A DNA stretch of 63,880 bases, the filler included, from Octopus bimaculoides (lineage: Eukaryota): NCBI RefSeq assembly GCF_001194135.2. It is 4 parts of 3 records of this genome, joined end to end, with 100 filler letters (N's around TTAATTAATTAA, not from the genome) between each part and the next. Parts side by side here need not be neighbours in the genome. Positions count along the whole stretch, not along the records: positions 1 to 22,721 come from NC_068995.1; 3 more parts are not named here. One strand, written 5' to 3'. Below the pieces are notes generated by a model. That model was not told the origin of the DNA, did no database searches, and saw only the letters and a program-made list of their open reading frames with translations. How positions within the stretch are numbered: the first letter of the stretch is position 1; every line of letters starts with the position of its first letter. Shown here in pieces: positions 1 to 12,461 of the stretch. Position numbers and translations under genes: made by a program.

Positions 1-379
1 TGTCTCACACACACACACACACATGCTGCTCTCTCACACTAACAAAAGAACTTCACATACACACCACACTTTCTGTCTCGCATACTCACTATAAAAAGAT
101 AGTGTCTATTTCTTTTTGGCAACATGTGTTTTGTGTGTAATGTTGCTGTGTGTGTGAGAGAAGGAAAGAGAGAAAGAAAGAAAGAAAAAGAAAGAGAAAC
201 AACTGGCATGTGTGTGTAAGGGAGGGAGAGAGAGATAGAGAGAGAGAGAAGGTATTTTTTCTTTTTGCTTGTTGTTTGCTGCTTACCACACAACTGTTAA
301 GAAATAGCGCCCGCCTACTTTTTTTCGTTAGACGCTGGCAAACAAAATGTATCTCTCCTTCACCCTCCCTCTCACAAAC

Positions 380-612
380 ATACAATTTCTCGCTCTCTCC
401 TTCAGGCGCAAACTTCGAAATTGGTAAATTATATATATCAATTTTTACAGGTATACGCAGGTGCCTCTGAGAGAAAAATTTGACGAAAATGCACATAGGG
501 TCATTCCAAATCTCCTCCTAAAATTGGAGCGACATGCGTGCTAATTTGTGGACGTGCATAAACTACATTCATGTGTACACACACACACATCCTGCCTTAT
601 ATATATTCAGAT
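380..612 (+). mobile_element. Possible non-autonomous Helitron/Helentron-like element, 3' end
   Basis: Ends ...GGACGTGCATAAAC...(CA)n...CCTTATATATATTCAGAT followed by a T-run, resembling Helentron-associated (HINE-like) termini. It is CpG-rich, unlike the downstream 20 kb. Pattern recognition only. Confidence 0.3.
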
Positions 613-625
613 GATTTTTTAGAAA

Positions 626-1011
626 ATTTTATAATCTTATAGAAACCAATAAAGGATATGTAATCAAGATAAAACAGAGATAATAAATTCAAAATTATAA
701 AGTAAGCTAAATTAAGTTACACCCAAATAGCAACCATCTAAATCTAATCTTAATTATACATTAAATCTAGCAAAATAATATATATATGTTTTTAGAGAAT
801 CTATATGAATCAGACAATGTTATTGATCCTATTACATTGTTATATTAATTTTGATTTAAAAAAAAAAAAAAGATTTTATAATCTTATAAAGGTCAATAAA
901 GGATATGTAATCAAGATTAATAAGAGATTATAAATTATAAATTATGAAGTGAACTAAATTAAGCTACATTCAAATAGCAACCATCTAAATCTAGTCTTAA
1001 ACACACATTAA
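626..1011. repeat. Diverged direct repeat, two ~139-bp copies (626-764, 873-1011; period 247)
   Basis: Both copies read ATTTTATAATCTTATA...CAATAAAGGATATGTAATCAAGAT...CAAATAGCAACCATCTAAATCTA...CATTAA. Confidence 0.85.
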
Positions 1012-1379
1012 CTTCGTAAAAGATAAAATTAAAAAATGGATTAAAAGGATAGTTCAAGCAGTTAAAGAAAATTTCAATATCTGCTATACAAAGAATTAGA
1101 AGGGAAATTACAATTAAATAGGAACAAAACTTACCAATAAGAAAAGGCAATATTAAATTAAAGCTAAACAAATTTAATATAATATCACGGTATGTGGTTA
1201 TAGCTAAACCAAATTAAAATAAAATGAAGCTATGTAGTAAACTAACCTAACTAAATTAGATTAATAATATCGATTAATAGAACAAAAATGTATGTTTATT
1301 CATATGTAGGCATCTGAAAGATCTAAAAGTGATTTTATTAATTAGGTCACCCTTGGAAAAAAGTATGAAATACAATTCC

Positions 1380-1980
1380 AAATTACATAAGGAACAAAAA
1401 AATTTTGCCCTTGTCATATGGAAACGATTTACCTAAAATTGTCCATTCTAAAGAGTACTCCTTATTTTGGTCTTTCAGTTGCCAAATTAAACTACTAAGC
1501 GCCATGCTATTTTGTTTTTTTTCTATCTCTAAATGACGAGTAATGGTTCGATATTCTTCTCGAGATTTCAAGTGACAACGAGCCAATATAACTCCAAATT
1601 CCATTTTTGGTTAAAACATTACACCTGTATGCAGTATTTTTAGTTTTTGCATTTGCACTTAGGAATTTGATTCTATTAGGATTAAGTTCAGATATTACTA
1701 TTACGTTGTTATTATTAAAATTGGTACTATTATTATTATTGTTTACTTTTAGATTATCTGTAACTGTGTCTCTTGGAAAATTTAGATTATTACCTATATT
1801 TATGTTATTAGAATCTTCAATAGAATTAGAGCTTAATAGTTTTATGTTACGGGTGGTGATAATTTGTGTTAAATTTTTGGTATTAGAAAAGCCAAACCTT
1901 ACCTTATGTGCGTTAATGACTTTATAGTAATGCGAGTTTTTAGGAAAATTTTTACTAACTACATTCCTGAACAGGGTAAC
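1380..1980 (-). mobile_element. Penelope-like retroelement remnant (linker + GIY-YIG endonuclease), frameshifted
   Basis: The minus strand translates VVSKNFPKNSHYYKVINAHKVRFGFSNTKNLTQII, then AYRCNVLTKNGIWSYIGSLSLEISRRISNHYSSFRD, then (after a frameshift) NSMALSSLIWQLKDQNKEYSLEWTILGKSFPY. This matches the typical PLE pattern YIG...R..NH..SFR...NST.LS..IW.LK....Y...W.IL. Confidence 0.8.
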
Positions 1981-2836
1981 TAAGTCTGATTTAATTTAAT
2001 AGGGACATCAAATGCATCTGAGAGAGAGAGAGAGAGACAAACAGACAGATAGAGAATGAGAATTACAGCATATATTTCATTAGTAGATCATAAAAATACA
2101 CAACTTCATTATGTAAACACATTCCTTCACTATGTAGTGGTTCTCAACAGGGGTTCACGTGCACCACCTAGAATTTTCAGGTGGTGCATAATTAAAATTT
2201 GCACCCCCTACATGCCTTTGCCAGGTTCAGAGAATAGTGTCTAAAAATTGATCTGTAAAAATTACTTCAAGTTAAATTTCTTCTCAAAACAAAAGACAAA
2301 AATAAAGAAAAAGATGAAGCAACATCAAAAGTATGCGGCAACAACAAGAACAACAACATGACCTCTCTATATCTTCCAATATACCTCTCTCGATGTTCTG
2401 TCAGTTTTTTGCAACTGGTGTCCCTATAAAGATTGACTACATCGGTGAGTGGATCTAACCATTTGACCTGTCTAAAAATATAAGCCTTCAAAATTCTTTG
2501 TCATTCAGATGGATTCTTCTATTCAGGCTAATAGGAACTAAATTATATTTTCTCTTTGATATTTAATGCTCATTGTTACATTGCTGGAAATTTTTAAGAT
2601 TATCTGTCCCATTTAAGTTGGAATTTGACCCTTTTGACCAGTATCTTTTGTTGTTTCATATTAAGATCATTTTCCATTTTATCTAAATTGACTTTCAATC
2701 CACAAAAACACACACACATGCATAATTCTTTTGTAAAATCTTTCGAACTTTCAAAATATCAGTCCAAATGACTGAAATATGCATTACAGGAGAATTTTTA
2801 AAAAATAGTTATTTAAAAAAAGGCTTTGAAAAGAAA

Positions 2837-3392
2837 CATCATCATCATCACCATTATTTAGCATCCGTTGCCCATGCTGGCATGGGTTAGACGGTTTCAC
2901 TAGGGCTGAAAGGCTGCACAAGACTTCAGTCTGATTTGGTATGGCTTCTACAGCTAGATGCCTTCCTAATGCCACCCGCTCCGAGAGTGTAATGGGTACT
3001 TTTATGTGACACTGGCACAAGTGCCATTTGCATGACACCAGAATTTGCCATGACTGCAATTTTACTTGTCTTGATGGATCTTCTCAAGTACAACATAATG
3101 CCAAAGGTGTCAGTCATTGCATCCGTGAGGCCCAACACTTGAAAGGAGCTTTTCATGTGCTACCAGCATCAGCCACTTTGTCTCCGTGAGGCCCAACGCT
3201 CTTTATGTGCCATTGGCACAGGTGCTAGCTACAAGACACCAGCATCAGCCATGACTATGATTTCACTTGGCTTGACAGGTCTTCCCAAGCACAGCATATC
3301 GCCAAAGGTTTCATTCACTTGTCACTACCTCCATGAGGCCCAAACTTCAGGCATCATGCTTCACCACCTCATCCTATGTCTTTCAAGGTAAA
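2837..3392 (-). mobile_element. 5'-truncated RTE LINE 3' UTR with (GAT)n tail
   Basis: Starts with a (CAT)n tail and GGATGCC-TTCCTAA-GCCA. It is closely similar to 6110-6680, which is continuous with RTE RT coding sequence. Confidence 0.7.
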
Positions 3393-3557
3393 CCTAGATG
3401 TGATTGGCGTTAGGAAGGGCATCCAGCTGTAGAAACTCCACCAAATCAGATTGGAGCCTGGTGTAGCCATCTGGTTCACCAGTCCTCAGTCAAATCGTCC
3501 AACGCATGCTAGCATGGAAAGCGGACGTTAAACGATGATGATGATGATGATGATGAT
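3393..3557 (+). mobile_element. RTE-tail SINE/LINE 3' end with (GAT)n tail
   Basis: TGGCGTTAGGAAGGGCATCCAGCTGTAGAAAC...GGACGTTAAACGATGATGATG; the same tail occurs at 10290-10422 (+) and 21733-21880 (-). Confidence 0.8.
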
Positions 3558-4517
3558 TCTTACATAATTTAAAAGCTTCCAATTTCTTATTTTTATCAGA
3601 ACATATTAGTGACATATTTTCTTTCACTGATGTCTTATTTAACATCCTTCAAACTAAAAGTCATAACACAGTATATTGTAAAGAGCAAATAGATAAAACT
3701 AGGACTGTGCTCGAAAATTAACTCAATTTTTAAAGCTTTTATATGTTGGGGGAAGATATGGAATTGATGCAGCAATCAAAATTAAGAGGTCCAGGAATAA
3801 ATCTACTGATCCCCAACAACATTATAGAATGCTCTATAGCAAATTTACTGATATAATAGGTAATGAATTAAAAACACAATATTCATCCTTAGAAGAGCTT
3901 AAATTCACAGAACTTTGCAATTTCATCAAGTGAGGAATATTACAAACAATTTCCACAGTGGATACTTTAAATTCTTTAGAAACTACTTATGGTAGGTTTT
4001 TTTTATTTTTTTAAATTTTTTTTTTTTTACATAATACGATTACAGAGTGAAGTAAATGTTTTGTAGTCTATGCAAGATTTTAAAAAGCAAAGTGTGAGTA
4101 ATTTAATGCATTACATTTACATCAATGATCTGACTGAAACCAGAACTCTTATATCTTTGCTACCTTATTTGGCAATTCAGTCTACAACTGCCTCTGTAGA
4201 GTGGGTCTTTTCTACATTGAAAAGAATTAAAACTTACCAAAGAAATATAATACGAGAGAAAAGACTTTCAGGGTTGGCTCTTAGGTGAATTGAAAAATAT
4301 TTACTTCAACAATTGATTAAAACAGGTTTCTATGACAATGTAATAAATATATTTGCGCAGTAAGATCAAACAACTGAATTAATTTATAAATGAGGTATGT
4401 AAATAATAATTTTTTGTACATCTTTTTAAAAAAGTTTAAACCCATTAAAACAGAGACCATCACTGACATGTTGCAAAACTTAAACAATTTTAAAAATGAA
4501 TCAGCTCAACCAATAAG

Positions 4518-5495
4518 TATGAGGTTGGGTTGAAAAGTTCATAGGCTATCTATGAAAGAGTGATGCTAGAAGTTTTGCATGCATTCATTTCAACTCTACA
4601 TATTAATAACTGCATTGTTTCCTTTCAGGTAAACTGGCAATCAGACTTTTCAAAGAAGACTTCAAATGTAACTAGTAGTAACTTCTCTTGAAAATAGATA
4701 AAATTTAGCTTCATGGTGTTATCACGTACCTCCAGAAAAAAGGCTTTACTCCCCAAGAACATTCACGCTGACATTACAGGATAATGCTCCAGTTTTATCA
4801 AGAGTGCAAAAGTGGGCAGCTGAATTTAAGAGGGGAACAGAGTGTTGAAGTTGCTCCAAGGTCTGGATGTCCCAAAACTGCCACCACTGCGGAAAACATT
4901 GTGTTCACCACATGTTGGTGGATAACAGGCAACTGACTATTTAGCCAATGTTATTAGCATATCCTGGGAGAGAGTTGAGAATATTCTGCACAATGTACTT
5001 GGTATGACAAAGGATTATGCTCGATGGGTGTCACGTCTTCTGACACCTGATCAAAAGCACACCAGGTTAATCACAACATGGGCATATCTGACATTGTTTG
5101 AGGTATTTACAGCTAATTTCCTTGAAAGTTTCCTAACCTAGGATGTGTGTTGGCTTCATCACTTTGAACAGAAACAAAGAGGCAATCCATGCAGTAGAAA
5201 CACTCCTCTTCATCTGCTCCAAAGAAGGTTGGGTCATTTCATCTGCTGGGAAGGTGATGGCCTCAGTTTTTTGGAATGCAAAAAGCATTGAGTTTATTGA
5301 CTATCTTCAAAATGATCACACTGTCACTGGAGAGTTCTATGCCAACTTACTAAGGCAGTTATGAAAGGCTATCAAGACTAAACACCCTGAAAAATTTATG
5401 AAGGAGGTCTTGTTTCATTAGGACAATGCTTCAGTACACAAGCTCTTGGTTTCAATGGCTGCTGTGCATGACTGGCTTTCTCTTTAAACTGACCA
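4518..5495 (+). mobile_element. Mariner transposon remnant, Himar1/irritans-like, 3' truncated
   Basis: TIR-like start TATGAGGTTGGGTTGAAAAGTTC. Transposase motifs include QKWAAEFKRG, RSGCPKTATT, ARWVSRLLTPDQK, SAGKVMASVFWNAKSIEFIDYL and VLFH*DNASVH. Confidence 0.85.
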
Positions 5496-5496
5496 A

Positions 5497-5700
5497 CATC
5501 ACCTTGCAGTCATGGCAGATGCTAGTGTCATGCAAATGGCATTCTTGCCGGTGTCACATAAAAGCATCCATTACATTCTCAGAGTGGGTGGCATTAAGAA
5601 GGGCATCCAGTTGTAGAAACCATGCCAAATCAGACTGGAGTCTGGTGCAGCCTTCCAGCTCTGGTCAAACCACCAACCTATGCCAGCATGAACAAGAGAG
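5497..5700 (+). mobile_element. RTE-tail repeat fragment
   Basis: GGCATTAAGAAGGGCATCCAGTTGTAGAAACCATGCCAAATCAGACTGGAG, homologous to the other RTE tails. Confidence 0.7.
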
Positions 5701-6109
5701 AAAAAACAAAAGATAATTTGTGGTCTACCACATACTTGGAATGACAGGAATATTGTGTGTGTGAGAGAGAGGGGGGGGTGCAGTGTAAGTAAGTAAGGTA
5801 AATTCCAGCTATTTCCTCTTGAAGCACATCTGCTTTTTCCATTATTACAAACCACTATGTAGACTCAGTTGTTGCTGTATGTTAATCAAAATACATAATA
5901 AAATTGAGAATTATGGAAATATTCTTTGTAGAGTTATTGTATAGCAAAACAGAGAATTGGAAATTTTGGGGGACTATTTGTTCACCATGGAATTACAGAG
6001 TTTCACATGTTAGACAGACATGTAACAAATTTCCTACTAGACAGACTTCAGACTGAGAAATTATATAATACATATTTTACATTTTGAATGAAGCATTTAT
6101 ACATAGTAA

Positions 6110-7140
6110 ACTCCATCATTTAGCATCTGTTGTCCATGCTGGCATGGGTTAGATGGTTTGGCCAGGGCTGACAAGCTGGAAGACTGCACTGGACTCCAGT
6201 CTGATTTAGCATGGTTTCTACAGCTGGATATCCTTCCTAACTCCAACATCTCTGAAAGTGTAATGGGTGCTTTTATGTGCCATTTGCATGACACTAGAAT
6301 CTGCCATGACTGATTTTACTTGTCATGATGTGTCTTCTTCTCAAGCACGACATAATACCAAAGGTCTCAGTCATAGCCTCCTTGAAGCCCACCACTTGAA
6401 AGGAGCTTTTGATGTGCCACCAGCATCAGCCACTTTGCCACTGTGAGGTCCAATGCTTGAAAGGTGCATTTTACATGCCGCCAGCACAGGTGCCAGTTAT
6501 CTGACACCAGCATCAGCCATGACTATGATTTCACTTGGCTTGACAGGTCTTCTCAAGCGCAGCATATCACCAAAGGTCTCAGTCATTAGTCATTGCCTCT
6601 GTGAGGCCCAAAGTTCGAAGATCATGCTTCACCACTTTGTCCTATGTCTTCTTGGGTCTACCTCTACCACAGGTACCCTGTTCAGTTAGAGATAGGCACT
6701 TCTTTACACAGTTTTCTTCGTCTATATGTATCACATGACAATACCAGTGCTGTCATCTCTCTTGCACACCACATCTGATGCCTCTTATGCCCAACTTTTC
6801 TCACAAGATGCTACACTGTGTTGAACATGCACACTGACATTGCACATCCAGCAAAGCATACTGGCTTTATTTCTTTCAAGCCTATGCATGTCCTCGGCTG
6901 CCACAGTCCATGTTTCACTGCTGTGTGGTATAGCTGTTTGCACGTAGGCTCCATACAATCTGCCTTTCGCTCTGAGGGAGAGGCCTTCTGTTGCCAGCAG
7001 AGGTAGGAGCTCTCTGAACTTTACTCAGCCTAATCTTATTCTCACAGATATGCTCTTGGACCCTCTGCAACTAACTTGGTCACCTAAATAATGGAAGCTA
7101 TCTACTACCTCTAGCTTACCCTCCAGTTGGAGTCTATGCA
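6110..7140 (-). mobile_element. RTE-clade LINE, 3' part (end of RT + 3' UTR)
   Basis: The minus strand gives EGKLEVVDSFHYLGDQVS and YGAYVQTAIPHSSETWTVAAEDMHRLERNKASMLCWMCNV, followed by a 3' UTR shared with 2837-3392. Confidence 0.85.
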
Positions 7141-7151
7141 CATACACACAA

Positions 7152-7380
7152 ACATCAGGGTCCCAGCTGATGCAATCATTGAAACAGCTTGCTCGTGAAA
7201 TTAACGTGCAAGTGGCTAAGCAATGCACAGACACGTGTACCCTAACTCATTTTTGCCAGCTTCATGGACTGGAGCAATGTGAAATAAAGTGTTTTGTTCA
7301 AGGATACAACATGATGCCATTGAACACACAACCTAAGAATCATGAGTCGAATGCTCTAACCACTAAGTCATGCACCTTCA
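7152..7380 (+). mobile_element. Chimeric SINE fragments
   Basis: GCTCGTGAAATTAACGTGCAAGTGGCT...ACAGACACGTGTACCC matches the SINE at 45065-45385 and 51098-51480. It is followed by a second SINE piece (AAGTGTTTTGTTCAAGGATACAAC...CTCTAACCACTAAG). Confidence 0.65.
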
Positions 7381-7381
7381 C

Positions 7382-7412
<31 letters not shown>

Positions 7413-7443
7413 AACACACAAATACACTATATATGTACATACA

Positions 7444-9269
7444 CAGTGGTCTACAATAAGTTTTTAGCCACCTTGAATTTTTGAGATTTAATAATTTGTA
7501 ACATGTTTCTTGCATTTTATATTGAATTTTTCTCTTATCTTTTGCAAATAGATTTTTCAAATGATATTTGACAATGAAAGTGAATGTAAGTGCAGAAATT
7601 AGCAAGTTCAAATGGGGGCAAAACATGGGATGGCATTAGTGCAGAAAGTTGAACAGAGAAATAGCAATGTATTTTATGGTAAATCATCAGACTGTTAATA
7701 TTGGATTGAGTCATAAATAGTTTCCATTTTTTGGAAGTAAATTGTAATGATACATTTCAAACTTTAAAATTAAAATGGAAACTACTGTTTTTAAAAGACC
7801 CTCATCTACCATTCGTATTTTAGCAGTGAAAGTGTGCACATCATAGATTAATATTAAATTTCACTCTCCTAAAATGGATGAACTGGAAGTGCCTATTCAA
7901 CAAGTGGTGTTGTGAGAGTTTAAGAACGGAAAAATGCCACAGAAACAGCTGAGAAAATGTACAGTGTTTATGGCCAACGTGTCATTACTGACCAGCAGGT
8001 GCGAAATTGGTTTTCAAAGTTTCATTCCAAGGATTTGTCATCAGACTTCGCACCAGGACACTCATCAAACTTCAATCATGATGCTTTAAGAGAATTAGTG
8101 GAATTCAATCCTTGCAAAACTACTTGGGAATTAGCAGTTGACCTCAAACACATCCCAATCCACCATCTCAACATATCCCAGTTCACTTTGAAAAGACAGG
8201 AAAAAGTCAGCAAGCTGGGTGATTGAGTTCCCCATATTCATAGTGAGAAGAGTAGGGAAGATCAAATGTTCATAGAGACAAGTCTTCTTTCAAGATAGAA
8301 AAATAACCCCTTTCTCAATAATATCATTAGAGGTAATGGAAAATGGGTCTTTTAAGACAATGTTCAAATCAAAAGGCTGTGGACTGACAAGGATAAGCCT
8401 CTGCAACTTATCTCAAAGGCTGAGCTCAATGGAAGGAAGGTTATGCTGTGTGTATGATGGAATCACCACAGTGTTATTCATTTTGAGTTTTTAAACTGCA
8501 ATCAAACACTAAAGCCAACATATACTCTCAACAGTGGCATGTGCATGAAAATCTTTTAAGAAAATGCCATGCACTCGTCAAAAGGAGAAACAGTGTGCTT
8601 CTCCATGATAATACAAGACCATATTCAGTAAGGATCATGCAGGATAAAATATTGGATTTAGACTGGTGTGTTCTACTCCATCCACCATATTCACTGGACT
8701 TTGCACCAACTCATTTCCATCATCTTTGCTCTCTACAAAATGCTCTGATGGGGAAAAAGTTTTCTCAAGAAAATCAGGTGAAAATGTGAGGATGTGTGGA
8801 AAGCTTCTTCATGTCAAGGCCAGTTGAATTTTACTCAAGAGGAATCAAAAAGCAAGAGGTCATTCAAAATAATGGCAATATTTGAAAAGGATTCTTTGTA
8901 AAATTTTTTCATGAGTAAAGATATTTAACAAAATCGGAAATTATTTATGACTCAACCCGATAATATTGTCAAAAGGTTTTAAGAAGGACATTATTGTGTA
9001 AAATATCATTCTGGAATGCTGAATATATTTTGGATACAGAAAAGAGGGCACTGAGGAGGGAAATCATCAAAAACTGCCACCTTAGTGTCAGAGAGGCTGC
9101 AAACAACATGGAAATGTTGCCTTACTCTGTAATGGAAATCCACGATATGAAAGAAGAACTGCAAGAAAGAAACTATTGATTTCAGACATCAACAAAATGA
9201 AAAGATAGGGAGCACAAGGACAAAGAAGATAAATTTTGGCAGTTTGTAGTGTGGTCAGATGAAAGTAAA
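7444..9269 (+). mobile_element. Tc1-like transposon remnant, split by a mariner (7701-8960) and ended by a Gypsy LTR
   Basis: Tc1-type terminus CAGTGGTCTACAATAAGTTTTTAGCCACC at 7444. At 8990-9269 the sequence encodes REIIKNCHLSVREAA...KKLLISDINKMKR...EHKDKEDKFWQFVVWSDESK. Confidence 0.7.
7701..8960 (+). mobile_element. Full-length (1260 bp) degraded mariner with TIRs and TA target duplication
   Basis: Left TIR TTGGATTGAGTCATAAATAGTTTCC and right end GGAAATTATTTATGACTCAACCCGA, with TA on both flanks (7699-7700, 8961-8962). Motifs include VYGQRVITDQQVRNWFSKF, KLGD*VPH, LLHDNTRPY and LHPPYSLDFAPTHFH. Many stops and frameshifts. Confidence 0.92.
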
Positions 9270-12200
9270 TGTTGTGGGGATAATAGTAATAATGGTACAC
9301 CCCTTCCATGTGATAAGTGGTATGTGCTAGTCACTATAAATAAGGTGATGTTAGTCAGTATAAAGAGAGAGGACAAAGTAGACAGTCTTAGATAGTCGTG
9401 TCTTTACTGGTTAAACAACTATACTGCTATACCGAAGTTGGCATTATAACAAGCTGACATTAAGGATTACAACAGTGGTGACAAGGAATTAACAAACTCA
9501 AAACTTTTTTTGTGTGAATTTTATGGGCAAAAAATCGTAAAATTATGGAAAATTTGTTGGCTAGTTAGCTTGAGTTGCAAAAACAGCAACTGAAAGAATA
9601 ACAACAGCAGCAGCTACAACTGCAAGAACAATAGCAGAAGCAACAACAACAATTACTATTACAACAATAAATTCTGCAATTAATGAATAGTAAGTCATCA
9701 GGAAATGCTGGAAAACTGTTCTCACCAGATTATGCTGTGAACTCAATAACAGAGTTTAAGCACAAACTAGACAAAGGAGTTACCTTCAAGGCTTACTATA
9801 GAAGATACTAACAAATTTGCAATAAAGAGTGCAAAGTTTGGAACGATGATATGAAAACACATTTAATCTTAAGAACTGGCAGTAGCAGAACATAAGTGTT
9901 ACAACAATTACGTACTCTCAAGAAAACCTTCTGACATAAACTTTAGTAAGAAAAGCTCATTGTTCAATACATGTTGGAAATGGTTGAACCTAGAAAAGAA
10001 CAAAGAAGAGGACTACGTCACATATGCTGGTAGAAATGTGAAAAGCTGGATGAATTAACGCCAGATATGTTCAAGTGTCTGATATTTACTCAGGGAGGAG
10101 CAATAAACTGTGCTTGTGACGACCTGTTGAGTCAAGTGAAGTAGTTGTCATGGCCGATGCCAGTGCCACCTGACCAGCTCCTGTGCCAGTTGCACATAAA
10201 AAGCACCAGTCAAGCATGGTCAATGCCAGTACCGCCCGACTGGTGGCACATAAAAAGCACCGACTACATTCTTGGCGTAGCTAGTGTTATAGGAAGGGCA
10301 TCCAGCTTTAGAAACTTTGTGCGATCAGATTGGAGCCTGGTACAGCCTTCTGGCTTGCCAGTCTTCAGTCAAACCGTCCAACCCATGCCAGCAAGGAAAA
10401 AGGGCGTTAAACGATGATGATGAAAGGTGCATAAGTAAGAACAAGAATTCTCAGTAAGCTGGAACAGAACTAAGCTTATAACAAATGTCAGAAAACTGTA
10501 AAAGAATAATAAATTTAAATTCACGACACAGAAAAGCAAGTGCAACAAGTGCGAAATAGGCAGAATAGAAATCAAGTGTGTATTAAAATACAGTACAAAT
10601 AGGACAAGAAATAGGAAAAATACCCATGCTTTGCATGTAGAGGTCTACACCTGAAGAAAAACTGCCTTTTAAGAAAGCAGAATGCTTCCATTGTGGAAAA
10701 ATTGATCACGTAAAAATGCACTATAAAACCATGATGACAAAACATTGGAACAAAGGAACAGTATGTCATTCGAAGAAAATGGTAATGTAACAATGAGAAA
10801 ATTTGTAAATGTGAAAATTAAAAATATAAGAGTAAAAATGCAGTTAGACACTGGAAGTGATATTACCATTGTGAATGATAAAACTTGAAAGTATACTGTC
10901 AATATACAGTTCTAAAAAAAGGAATACCACACACAGCAAATAGATTATAGTGATGGTGCACTACATTATTGAAATATGACTACAAAATGGAATATTTACC
11001 GTCAAAAAAACTAGGGCATACGGATGGTTTGTCCAGACTGATACTGAAACACTACAAGCCATTCTAAGATACAGTAATCGTAGCTTTAAGCGCAGGCGGA
11101 GAAATAAAATATTTAATGTGGAATGTGGTACATGAATTACTGGTAACCCTAGAAGACAAAGCAAAATGCGGTAAAGAACAAATTCATAACAGGAGTGAAA
11201 AGAACACTGTGGTCAGGAAAAGTAAATAGGAAGAGGATTGATGTGAAACAAAATGAAGAGATGAACCTAAACTCAATTTGTGATGGTGTACTGATGTATG
11301 CACAGAGAGTTGTGATACCTGAAACACTACAAAAAAAAAAAATGTTAAGGGAATTTCATGTTGGACATCTTGGTATTTTGAGAATGAAATCTTTAATGCA
11401 TAGCTATGTGTACTGGCCAAAAATGGATAGAGAAATCGAAAATTTAGTGAAAGGTTGTAGAGGATGTGCTCTAGCAGCAAAATTACTGACGATGAAGAGT
11501 GAGCTTGAGCCAAAAGTAGATGTTCTGTGGTTGAGACCACACATCAATTTTGCTGCTCCTTTAAACGGTTCATAATACTTAGAGGTAGTTGATAGTTTCT
11601 CTAAATGGCCAGAAATGTGTAAGTGTGAAAAAAAACAACCTTCCCAACTGTGACAAATTTTTTACATGAGCTGTTTGCAAGATTTGGCATCCCAGATGCA
11701 ATAGCATCTGACAATGGAACAGAATTTGCGTATTTTGAATTTTAAAAGTTCTGTAAAACATTCACTGTAGCCATACCATCCCAGATTAATAGACAAGCAA
11801 AATGCTTTGTTGATACGTTCAGGAGAGCCCTAAGAAAGTCGAATGAGAGTCACGGATGAGGTAGCTCTACAACAATTCTTAAGATTATACCATGTGACAC
11901 CAAATCCAAATACACCAGGAGGTATGTCACCTGTGGAGCTGATGCTTGTGAGGAAAATAAAATCAGTCTCTGACAAATTGCTACCAGGAAGGTTGTTTGT
12001 GAGGGTATATAAGAACAGAAAGCAAAGTTGGGAAGATGGCATGATTACCAAACACATAGGAAAAATGCTATACTTGGCAAAAAGTAGAAAAGGCATATAC
12101 AAAAGACAAATGAACCAACTGAAAAAAGATTCATTGAGAGTGAACCCAAGAGAATGGAAGAACCAATAGAATAGTTATATGATACTTTTCAAGTACCAAT

Positions 12201-12461
12201 GCCACGACAGGTGATTGAAGCCAGGTGCAGTGTAAGTAAAAGAAAATGTACGGAGTTCCTGGAAGTGAATTCCAAATGGAAAATATATTAAATGTGTAAG
12301 AAAGAGAACTCAAAAAAGGAGGTGGAGTGATATAAAAACATTGCTATTAAAAGAAATAAAATGATACTCCCTAAAAGAAAAAACTTAAAAAGGGGAGTAA
12401 TAATGGTACACCCCTCCGACGTGATGAGTGGTATGTGCTAGTCACTATAAATAAGGTAATG
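9270..12461 (+). mobile_element. Gypsy/Ty3 LTR retrotransposon, RT largely deleted, 3' LTR truncated
   Basis: 5' LTR 9270-9474 (TGTTG...ACAACA) followed by a CpG-decayed PBS TGGTGACAAGG. Coding remnants: gag DELTPDMFKCLIFTQG, Zn knuckle ECFHCGKIDH, protease MQLDTGSDITI, RNase H end GHTDGLSRL, integrase HVGHLGILRMKSL...YWPKMDREIENLVKGCRGC, VVDSFSKWPE, SDNGTEF, TPNPNTPGGMSPVELM. PPT AAAAAGGGGAG, then an LTR copy at 12397-12461. Confidence 0.93.
10085..10422 (+). mobile_element. RTE-type 3' end inserted in Gypsy gag
   Basis: Ends AGGAAGGGCATCCAGC...GGGCGTTAAACGATGATGATG and interrupts gag. Confidence 0.75.

Larger units (their letters stand above)
2135..4465 (+). mobile_element. Degraded hAT DNA transposon, interrupted by RTE-tail repeats at 2837-3557
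   Basis: hAT-type terminus TAGTGGTTCTCAACAGGGG at 2135. The hATC dimerisation motif TTASVEWVFSTLKRIKTYQRNIIREKRLSGLAL lies at ~4180-4285, with a degenerate right end GAGACCATCACTG. Confidence 0.7.

Noticed and set aside
2267-2491. Exon-like ORF and splice pair around 2400-2445
   Set aside because: It lies within the hAT remnant and resembles a degraded N-terminal (TTF-type zinc-finger) transposase segment.
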